Shown here piece after piece: positions 33,181 through 40,835 of a stretch of DNA of 64,000 bases. Source of the stretch: Vulcanimicrobiota bacterium (GTDB lineage: Bacteria > Vulcanimicrobiota > Vulcanimicrobiia > Vulcanimicrobiales > Vulcanimicrobiaceae); the NCBI GenBank assembly GCA_963812155.1, contig CAWETW010000003.1, positions 416,001-480,000 of the forward strand, written 5' to 3'. The notes under the pieces were generated by a model, which was not told the origin of the DNA, ran no database searches, and was given only the letters and a program-made list of their open reading frames with translations. Every line of letters begins with the position of its first letter. Positions within the stretch are counted from its first letter, which is position 1. The position numbers and the translations under genes were made by a program.

Positions 33181-35010
33181 CTATTGGCAGCCTTGCGTCG
33201 TGTTCGTCACGACGTAATCGCGTGACTTGACCGTCTTATCCCAGCAATGGCGTCCGTCGTAGTTGTGGGTTGCGTACTGGTGACTGCTCTTGCCGTTCGA
33301 CGGCGAGTAGCCCGATGCGGTGAACGTCAGGACGTCGGAGCTGCGCACCTGGTCGAGTGCAATGAACGACACGGGTTCGATGCCTTCGTCGAGGCCGTCT
33401 CCGCGCTTGTTTTGGTCGACGCTCACGGTCTGCGTCGCCGAACTGGATCCCACGACTTGGTAGTTGTAGTCGAGCGTCAGCGGGTAGGTCCACCGGCTGT
33501 GCGAGCGATGCGTGCCGCTCGGCTGCGTCGTGACCGTGTGCGACTCGACGATCGTGTTCTGAACGATGTTCTGCAAGAACTGCGTCGCCGTGTCGTTGAT
33601 CACTTGCGCGTTGGAGAACGCCACGCGTTGCGTCACTTCGGTCTCGACGCGGCCTTGCGACGTGATGACGTAACCCTTGAGGCTGACCGGGTGCGTCGCA
33701 GAGACGTCGACCGTGCCGTGGGCGTCGCCCGACTGCGTGAACTTCACGTGCTCGACCACCGTTTGCGCGGGATCGAGTGCCGTGCCGTTGCGGATCAGAC
33801 CTCCGGTCACGTGCGACGAACCGTGATCCTCGTAGACCAGCAGCGCCCCGTTGGCCGAGAAGTAGCCGTCGGCGTTGAAGACCGAGACCGCGACCGTATG
33901 CGGGTTGCCGTCGTCGAGCATTGCGGCGAACGGCGTGAGGTTCACGCGGTACGGTTTGAAGTTCAGCGTCTCGGCGCCCGGCAGCGGAACCCACAAGTAC
34001 GGGTCGATGCCGCCCGTGTAGATCCACGGATAGACGGGCGCGACGCCGGCGGGCTGTCCGTCGATCGTCACCTCACCCTCGCGGAAGGCGGTGCTGCCGC
34101 AGTTATTGAGCTTCTGCGCGAGATCGTTCGGGAAGCACGTGTACCAGAACTCGTCGCCCGACTGCGATTGCAGAAAGAGGTCGAGGTACGCCGCTTCGAC
34201 GTTCTGCGGGAAGGTAAACGTGCCGGTCATCTGATTCGACGGCCCGTTGAGAAAGACGTAACCGCCGGTCGAGCTTGCCGAGAGCGGATAGACGGCATCG
34301 GCGGTCTGTGCCGGCGGAAACTCCAGGGTGGCGGGATAGAAATCGAGTTCCGCCGTGCCGAAAATCTTGCCGGTGTATTGCGAGTTGACGATGTTGTACA
34401 CCGAAGCCTGACCGGTCGACGCGTTCGCGAAGATCGGGGCGTACTCGGTGACGTCGCGCTCGACGTTCCATTGCGGGCTGGAGCTCGAGCCCGGCTCGGC
34501 AGTCGTGCCGAAGAAGACGTTCGTGCCGCCGATCCACACCGCGCCGGTGCGATCGTATTGCACGCCCGCGGTCACCCGGAAATGCATCTTGAAGACGATC
34601 TTGTTGTAGGGGCCGGGGCAGCCCGACGGCGGTGCGTAGTTGAACGGATGATCGCTGTAGTCGGAAAAATCTCCGACCGGAAGTTGCCCGCTCTGCAGCG
34701 GCGGCGTGTTCGGGGTGAAGAGCTGATCGACGCACGGCGCTTCGGCCGGGACTTTGACCGGCGGATACGGCGTCACCGGATAGCCGGCGCCGTGATCGGG
34801 ACCCATTCCCGACTTCGCAATAATGGATCGCAGCTTCAGCGCGCTGCGCGTCGGCGAGAGCGGCCCACGCAGCGACTGTGCGCCGGCTTGCATGCTCGAA
34901 CCGGGCGGCGTCGCGCCGCCAAAACTCTGTTGGCCGCCGCACGCCGCCAATGAGGCGGCGCACGCCATGGCCGTAATGCGTACGAAACGACCGCGTGCAA
35001 CGCTGCGCAT
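33181..35010 (-). CDS. Peptide-N4-asparagine amidase (PNGase A-like) lipoprotein
   Basis: Lipobox LAAC; GVQYDRT, FGTTAEP, W.VERDVTEY, DEFWYTC, FREGEVTIDG..AG..PVYPWIYTGGIDPYLW.P. Confidence 0.85.
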   Translation of the reverse strand: MRSVARGRFVRITAMACAASLAACGGQQSFGGATPPGSSMQAGAQSLRGPLSPTRSALKLRSIIAKSGMGPDHGAGYPVTPYPPVKVPAEAPCVDQLFTPNTPPLQSGQLPVGDFSDYSDHPFNYAPPSGCPGPYNKIVFKMHFRVTAGVQYDRTGAVWIGGTNVFFGTTAEPGSSSSPQWNVERDVTEYAPIFANASTGQASVYNIVNSQYTGKIFGTAELDFYPATLEFPPAQTADAVYPLSASSTGGYVFLNGPSNQMTGTFTFPQNVEAAYLDLFLQSQSGDEFWYTCFPNDLAQKLNNCGSTAFREGEVTIDGQPAGVAPVYPWIYTGGIDPYLWVPLPGAETLNFKPYRVNLTPFAAMLDDGNPHTVAVSVFNADGYFSANGALLVYEDHGSSHVTGGLIRNGTALDPAQTVVEHVKFTQSGDAHGTVDVSATHPVSLKGYVITSQGRVETEVTQRVAFSNAQVINDTATQFLQNIVQNTIVESHTVTTQPSGTHRSHSRWTYPLTLDYNYQVVGSSSATQTVSVDQNKRGDGLDEGIEPVSFIALDQVRSSDVLTFTASGYSPSNGKSSHQYATHNYDGRHCWDKTVKSRDYVVTNTTQGCQ

Positions 35011-35102
35011 CCTACAACCCTCCAAGAAAGACGGTAAAAGCGAAGCGATTCCGCGACGAACGCGCGGTTCCTACGACGCGACGAAGGGTGCTGCAGCGGA
35101 AA

Positions 35103-35125
35103 CCTGACGGTGGCTGTCATATATG
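35103..35125 (+). promoter_or_regulatory. Putative WYL-regulator operator, copy 1
   Basis: CCTGACGGTGGCTGTCATATATG; 20/23 identical to the reverse complement of 36531-36553. Confidence 0.7.
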
Positions 35126-35142
35126 TGCGCTTGGATGGAATC

Positions 35143-36099
35143 GTGAAGGCCGACCGGCTCATCTCGCTCCTGTTGCTGCTCCAGTCGCGCCGCCGCAGCA
35201 CGGCGCGTACGCTGGCCGAAACGCTGGAAGTTTCGGAGCGCACCATCTACCGCGACGTCGACGCACTCGGCGCGGCCGGCGTCCCCGTGTACGCCGAACG
35301 CGGCAGCAACGGCGGCATCGCCTTGGCCGGCGGGTACCGTCGCGCGCTCACGCACTTCAACGAAGACGAGATTCGCGCGCTGTTCGTCTCGGGCGCGAGT
35401 CCGCTCGCCGATCTCGGCCTTGGGCACGGCCTCGATCGCGCGCTGGAAAAGCTGCGCGGCGGCCTGGCCGAAGTGCAGCGGCGTGCCGCCGAGGAGTCTC
35501 GCTCGCGCATTCATCTCGACCAGCGCCGCTGGAATCAAGAAGAGCCGTCGCGCGAAATGCTGACCGCGTTGCGGCGCGCGGTCTGGGACGATCGCCGTCT
35601 GCGCGTTCGCTACGAAGACCGCAACCGCAAGATCACGTCGCGGACGATCGACCCGTTGGGGCTGGTTTCGAAGGCGGGAGTGTGGTATGCGATCGCACGC
35701 GCCGGCGGCGAGATGCGCAGCTTTCGCGTCGAGCGCATTCGCGCCATCGAGGAGCTCCCCGAACGTTTCGAACGGCCGCAAGCGTTCGACCTCGAAATGT
35801 ATTGGCGCGAATCGACGCGCCGTTTCGCGCAGGAATCGCGATCCGAAATCAGCATCGCGACGATGCGCGTACGCGAGGATTCGCTCGAGCGCGTCACGGC
35901 GTCGTATTGGACGACCGAAATCGTCAGCGTCAACGACGGCGAGGCGGTCGTGCGCGTGACGTTTCCGGGTAACGACGCGGCCGTCGCTCAGGCGATTGCC
36001 TGGGTCGACTGCGCCCGCGTGGCGGAGCCTGCCGAGCTGCGCGACCTGGTCGCGGCGCGCGCCCGGCAGGCGTACGATGCGTACGGAGTTTCGCGCTAA
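35143..36099 (+). CDS. YafY-family HTH-WYL transcriptional regulator
   Basis: KADRLISLLLLLQ...LAETLEVSERTIYRDVDAL..AGVPVYAERG..GG; DPLGLVSKAGVWYAIA...RSFRVERI. Confidence 0.94.
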   Translation: MKADRLISLLLLLQSRRRSTARTLAETLEVSERTIYRDVDALGAAGVPVYAERGSNGGIALAGGYRRALTHFNEDEIRALFVSGASPLADLGLGHGLDRALEKLRGGLAEVQRRAAEESRSRIHLDQRRWNQEEPSREMLTALRRAVWDDRRLRVRYEDRNRKITSRTIDPLGLVSKAGVWYAIARAGGEMRSFRVERIRAIEELPERFERPQAFDLEMYWRESTRRFAQESRSEISIATMRVREDSLERVTASYWTTEIVSVNDGEAVVRVTFPGNDAAVAQAIAWVDCARVAEPAELRDLVAARARQAYDAYGVSR

Positions 36100-36479
36100 G
36101 CCGTCTTGCGCTGGTGAAGGATGATCCCGTTGCCCTCGGGATCGGTCGTGAAGGCCATATAGCAGACCGGCGTCTCGGTGACGTCGCTGACTTCGAGCCC
36201 GCGCTTGCGATAACTCGCCACCGCGCCGTGGACGTCGCTCACCGAGAACATCACGAAGCCGCCGGTAGTGCCGTCGTCGGGCTTCCAGACGCCGAACGTC
36301 GCGCCGTCGGAGAGCGTGAATTCGGCGCCGCGCGCCCCATCGTCGGTCTCGGTGGGAACGATGCCGAGGACGTCGCGGTAGAAGGCAATCGCGGCGGCGG
36401 GATCTTTGACGAGGTAGCCGGCGATGTCGATCCCGGTGATGGACGCGCCGTTCGTCTTCGGCTCGGAGGAAACGCTCAT
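36096..36479 (-). CDS. VOC/glyoxalase family protein
   Basis: VKDPAAAIAFYRDVLG...FSVSDV...DPEGNGIILHQ. Confidence 0.9.
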   Translation of the reverse strand: MSVSSEPKTNGASITGIDIAGYLVKDPAAAIAFYRDVLGIVPTETDDGARGAEFTLSDGATFGVWKPDDGTTGGFVMFSVSDVHGAVASYRKRGLEVSDVTETPVCYMAFTTDPEGNGIILHQRKTA

Positions 36480-36530
36480 GTCGGAACTCCTTATCGGAAG
36501 CGTGTTTGTGTCAGAAGCATCGTAGCCCGG

Positions 36531-36553
36531 CATATATGACATCCGCTGTCAGG
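36531..36553 (-). promoter_or_regulatory. Putative WYL-regulator operator, copy 2, with downstream -10-like TACGAT
   Basis: Minus strand CCTGACAGCGGATGTCATATATG (TGACA-N5-TGTCA); TACGAT lies 11 nt after TGTCAT. Confidence 0.7.
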
Positions 36554-36588
36554 ATGAATTCCGCCCCCGCGAGGAAAGGCTGGCGCCC

Positions 36589-37212
36589 ATGACGATTTCG
36601 ACTGCGCGCCCGGCCTTCGCAGCCTGCGCCGCGCTGCTGCTCCTGAGCGCCTGCGGGAACCACAACGTGACGACCCGCAGCGCGGGTGCGAGTGCCGAGT
36701 CCGCGGGCGGCACCATCATCGCTGCGACCGGTACGAAGTTCTACGGAAGACTGGAGCGGCCGATCGGTTCGAAGACGAGCAGGAACGGCGACACGTTTTC
36801 GATCGACGAAACGCACACCCGCAGCCCGGCATTGCGCGGCGCCATCGTCGACGGCCACCTCGAGGGTCTGCAGGCCGCAGGCGCGATGCGCAACCCCAAG
36901 ATGACGATCGTCTTCGACGATATTCGCTTGCCCGACGGCACGAAAGAGCCCGTGAACGTCCGGCTCGTCAACCTTAAAGCGTTCTCGCCGCAAACCCACC
37001 ACCTGCGCACCATCGGCATGATGATCACCGGTGCGATGGCGGGTCACGTGCTCGCTGCGCGCACCGACACGAAGCACGGCGCGCTGATGGGCGCGGCCGG
37101 CGGCTACGCGCTCTCGCAGACGCTCAAAACCGACATCGTCGTTCCGGCGGGAACCGTGATCGAGTTGAAGTTCCTCTCGCCCGTTCACAACGGCGCCGGC
37201 AGCAACTCGTAA
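36589..37212 (+). CDS. Lipoprotein with glycine-zipper-like segment
   Basis: Lipobox LLSAC; GAMAGH...GALMGAAGG; DIVVPAGT. Confidence 0.7.
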   Translation: MTISTARPAFAACAALLLLSACGNHNVTTRSAGASAESAGGTIIAATGTKFYGRLERPIGSKTSRNGDTFSIDETHTRSPALRGAIVDGHLEGLQAAGAMRNPKMTIVFDDIRLPDGTKEPVNVRLVNLKAFSPQTHHLRTIGMMITGAMAGHVLAARTDTKHGALMGAAGGYALSQTLKTDIVVPAGTVIELKFLSPVHNGAGSNS

Positions 37213-37264
37213 AGCGGCGCTGCGAGTCGCCTAGTCCAGGCTCGATGCGGGTATAGAGTTCGGC

Positions 37265-39151
37265 ATGTTGGAGCGCGATTCGCACCGTTCGCCGGCCAGG
37301 CTCGCGCTCGCGCTGGGAGCGCTCGGCATCGTGTTCGGCGATATCGGCACCAGCCCGCTCTACGCGTTCCGGCAGTGCTTCTTTACCCAGCTCCACGTCG
37401 AGCCGACGCACGAAAACGTGCTCGGCATCGTCAGCCTGGTTCTCTGGGCGCTGATCCTGATCGTCTTCGTTCGCTACATCGGCATGATCATGCGCGTCGC
37501 GCACGACGGCGAGGGCGGAATCTTGGCACTCCTCGCGTTCGTCCTGCCACCGGTCAAACGCGGCGTGCTGCCGTCGCCGACGTGGCTGACGTTTCTCATC
37601 ATCCTCGGCGCGGGGATGCTCTTCGGCGACGGCATCATTACGCCGGCGGTGTCGGTGCTGTCGTCGGTCGAGGGCCTCTCCGTGGCGACGCCGGACGCAA
37701 AGCCGTTCGTCGTGCCGATCGCGGTCGGCATTCTGGCGGCGCTGTTCATCCTGCAGCGGCGCGGCACCGCGCGCATCGGCGCCGTCTTCGGCCCGATCAT
37801 GCTGATATGGTTCGCGACGATCGCCGTGCTCGGCGCGATCGGCATCGCGCAGCATCCGGCCGCGCTGTGGGCTATCGATCCTTCGCACGTCGTCCGCTTT
37901 TTCGCCCATCACGGCTTGGCCGGAATCGCCATATTCGGGGCGATCGTGCTGTGCGTCTCGGGCGTCGAAGCGCTCTACGCCGACATGTCGCATTTCGGCC
38001 GCAAGCCGATCGCAATGGCATGGTCGGCGGTCGTCTTCCCCGCGCTTGCGTTGAATTACATCGGTCAAGGTGCGGTCGTGCTTGCGGACGTGAACAATCT
38101 CGACAATCCTTTTTATCGTTTGACGCCGGCGCCGGCGCTCTACCCGGTCGTCATCATCGCGACCGTTGCCACGATCATCGCGTCGCAAGCGCTGATCTCG
38201 GGCGTCTTCACGCTCACCAAACAGGCGATCAGTTTAGGCTTCATTCCGCGCGTCACCGTCGTCTACACGTCGATCGTGCACCGCGGACAAGTCTACGTGC
38301 CGTTCGTGAACCGGCTGCTGGCCATTGCCTGCATCCTGCTCGTCATCGGCTTCCACAGTTCCACGCGGCTCGCGAATGCCTACGGACTCGCCGTCGCCGT
38401 GACGATGGTCGTCACCTCGATCGCCTATTTCGAAGTCGTGCGTCTGAAGTTCGGCTGGAGCTTGACGACCGCGCTGCTGACGACGGCACCGTTCCTCGGC
38501 GTCGAGCTGCTCTTCGTCCTCGGCGGATTGCCGAAGATCGCCGAAGGCGGCTGGATCCCGCTGCTGGTCAGCGCCTTCGTCTTCGTGATCGCAAGCGCGT
38601 GGCGTGCGGGACGGCGCCGCGTCGCCCAAGTGCAGGTCGAACAGTCGCAGTCGGTGACGGATTTCCTCGAGCACTCCGGCGATCGCATCGGCGTGCCTTC
38701 GCAGGGCACCGCCGTATTCCTCACCGCCGATCCCGACGGCATTCCGTTCGTCTTGCGCCATCATCTCGCGCGAACGCATAGCGTCGACGAACTGATCGTC
38801 TTGCTGACCGTCATTCCGACGACCGACCCGTACGTCAATTCGTCGCACCGCGTCCACGTCGAGGGGCTTTGCACCGGTCTGGTTCGCGTCACCGCGCGCT
38901 TCGGGTTCATGGAAAATCTCGACATCGCCCCGATCGTGGCGGCGTGCGCGCAGGTGGGCTTGTTACTCCACGGAACCGACACGACGTTTTATAGCGCGGA
39001 CGCGCAAATCGTGCCGCTCGACGAAGGTTTTGTCCGAGCTTGCTATCGTAACTTGTACGTGGTGATGAAAAGAAATGCGCGCGCGGTGACGGCGACGCTG
39101 GGAATTCCCGCCGACGCCCACGCCAAGTTGTGCATCGAAGTTCCGATGTGA
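37265..39151 (+). CDS. kup: KUP/HAK/KT potassium transporter
   Basis: LGIVFGDIGTSPLYA, GEGGILAL, GDGIITPAVSVLSSVEG, EALYADMSHFG, GQVYVP.VN, LANAYG, GGWIPL. Confidence 0.96.
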   Translation: MLERDSHRSPARLALALGALGIVFGDIGTSPLYAFRQCFFTQLHVEPTHENVLGIVSLVLWALILIVFVRYIGMIMRVAHDGEGGILALLAFVLPPVKRGVLPSPTWLTFLIILGAGMLFGDGIITPAVSVLSSVEGLSVATPDAKPFVVPIAVGILAALFILQRRGTARIGAVFGPIMLIWFATIAVLGAIGIAQHPAALWAIDPSHVVRFFAHHGLAGIAIFGAIVLCVSGVEALYADMSHFGRKPIAMAWSAVVFPALALNYIGQGAVVLADVNNLDNPFYRLTPAPALYPVVIIATVATIIASQALISGVFTLTKQAISLGFIPRVTVVYTSIVHRGQVYVPFVNRLLAIACILLVIGFHSSTRLANAYGLAVAVTMVVTSIAYFEVVRLKFGWSLTTALLTTAPFLGVELLFVLGGLPKIAEGGWIPLLVSAFVFVIASAWRAGRRRVAQVQVEQSQSVTDFLEHSGDRIGVPSQGTAVFLTADPDGIPFVLRHHLARTHSVDELIVLLTVIPTTDPYVNSSHRVHVEGLCTGLVRVTARFGFMENLDIAPIVAACAQVGLLLHGTDTTFYSADAQIVPLDEGFVRACYRNLYVVMKRNARAVTATLGIPADAHAKLCIEVPM

Positions 39152-40653
39152 AGCGCGTTCCATTGCCCGGATCGCACCGCTCGGTGTGGCCCGGCAGCCG
39201 CCACGCCGCGCCGATTACGTCGGAACGCGACGTGCTGTTGACGGCTTGGCTGCGCACGCGCAAGGGCGGCACGATCGACGCCGCGGCGGCGCGGGCGATC
39301 GGCAGCGTTCCGCCGTTGCAGCGCACCTACGCCGATCGCAAGGCGTTGGAAGAGCGGACGGCCGCCGATCCGGCCGACGTCGAGGCGCTCGGGCGCTACT
39401 GCGAAAGCCTCGGCATCACCGTCGGACCCGCACGCTGGCGTTCGCTGACGCTGAGCGCGCCGGTCGAAACGCTGGCCGACGCTTTCGGCGCCGACGTCGC
39501 CATCTTCGAAGACGAAGATTTGCGCCGCTTTCGCCATCGCTCCGGCGCATTGTACGTGCCGCCGGATATCGCCGCCATCGTGCGCGGCATCTTCGGCTTG
39601 CACCAATGGCCGCGTGCGCGCAGGCTGCCGCCGCTGCAACGGCACGCGACGCCGCTGCTCGCAAGCGACGTGGCCGCACGCTATGCGTTTCCCGATGCCG
39701 ACGGCAGCGGTCAGACGATTGCCGTCGTGCAGTTGAACGGAACGTTCGACGTTGCGGATTTTCAGCAGTGCATGGCGGCGCAGCACCTGTCCCCGGCGCC
39801 GCCCGTGGTCAAGCGGATCGACGACGCGGCGATCCGGCACGAACGGGCGACGCTCCAGGATCTCGAAGCGGCGCTCGACGTGCAAATCGCCGCGTCACTC
39901 GCTCCGGGCGCGCGCATCGTCGTCTACGAGGCGCCCAACGACGAGCGCGGCTTCCTCGACGCGCTGCGCGCGGCGATCTTCGACGCCGAACACGCGCCGT
40001 CGATTGTGTCGGTCAGTTACGGCTGGCCCGAGCGTTTGTGGACGCCGGTGGCGCTCGACATTCTCGACGATCTGTTTGCGGCGGCGGCGCTCGCCGGAGT
40101 GAGCGTTTTCTGCGCGGCGGGCGACAACGGCGCGGAAGTGGATGCCGGCGGACGCGCGCACGTTTTGGCACCGGCGTCGAGCGAGTTTGCGATCGCATGC
40201 GGCGCCACGTCGATCGCCGCCGATGCCGAGAGCGCCTGGGAAAACACGGGCGGCGGTTTCAGCGCCCGCCTCGAAGCGCCGGCATGGCAGCGGGGCGTCG
40301 CGGCGGTCGCATCGCGCTACGGCGTTGCAGCCGGCCGCGGTTTACCCGACGTCTGCGCGCAACAGTCGCCGGGTTATTACGTCGTGATGCAGGGCACGGA
40401 GTTGGCGATGGGCGGCACCAGCGCGGTTGCCCCGGTCTGCGCGGCGCTTGCGGCGCGGCTCAATCAGCGCATCGGCGCGCCGATCGGCTTCGTTGCGCCG
40501 CTCCTTTACGCGCCCGAAAGCGCGTCGTGTTTTACACCCGTCACGCAAGGCGGCAACGGCCGCTACGAAGCAGCGCCGGGATGGAATCCCTGCGCGGGCC
40601 TCGGCACGCCGGTCGGTACCGCCCTGGAAAAAGCGCTAGGCAGAGCTCCCTAG
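39148..40653 (+). CDS. S53 family peptidase (kumamolisin/sedolisin-like)
   Basis: Prodomain; EAALD (catalytic E, D), SVSYG, AAGDNG, GRGLPDV, GGTSAVAP, GWNPCAGLGTP. Confidence 0.9.
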   Translation: MKRVPLPGSHRSVWPGSRHAAPITSERDVLLTAWLRTRKGGTIDAAAARAIGSVPPLQRTYADRKALEERTAADPADVEALGRYCESLGITVGPARWRSLTLSAPVETLADAFGADVAIFEDEDLRRFRHRSGALYVPPDIAAIVRGIFGLHQWPRARRLPPLQRHATPLLASDVAARYAFPDADGSGQTIAVVQLNGTFDVADFQQCMAAQHLSPAPPVVKRIDDAAIRHERATLQDLEAALDVQIAASLAPGARIVVYEAPNDERGFLDALRAAIFDAEHAPSIVSVSYGWPERLWTPVALDILDDLFAAAALAGVSVFCAAGDNGAEVDAGGRAHVLAPASSEFAIACGATSIAADAESAWENTGGGFSARLEAPAWQRGVAAVASRYGVAAGRGLPDVCAQQSPGYYVVMQGTELAMGGTSAVAPVCAALAARLNQRIGAPIGFVAPLLYAPESASCFTPVTQGGNGRYEAAPGWNPCAGLGTPVGTALEKALGRAP

Positions 40654-40832
40654 TTCATACACCCTAGGGCGTCGTCGCAGAACGCCTGGTGCGCGGCCTT
40701 GTAGGAGTGGACCGCTTTGTGCAGCTTTTCTTTGTCTACGCCGGGGTGCGCCGCGAGTTTGTGATGCAGTTCGTCGATCGAACGTCCGTGTGCGTCGAGA
40801 TCGGCGGAGGCTTGTTCGCGTGGGCTTGCCAT
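40650..40832 (-). CDS. Small His-rich helical hypothetical protein
   Basis: 60-aa ORF starting 3 nt after the cyclase stop; plausible codon usage. Confidence 0.6.
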   Translation of the reverse strand: MASPREQASADLDAHGRSIDELHHKLAAHPGVDKEKLHKAVHSYKAAHQAFCDDALGCMN

Positions 40833-40835
40833 GAG

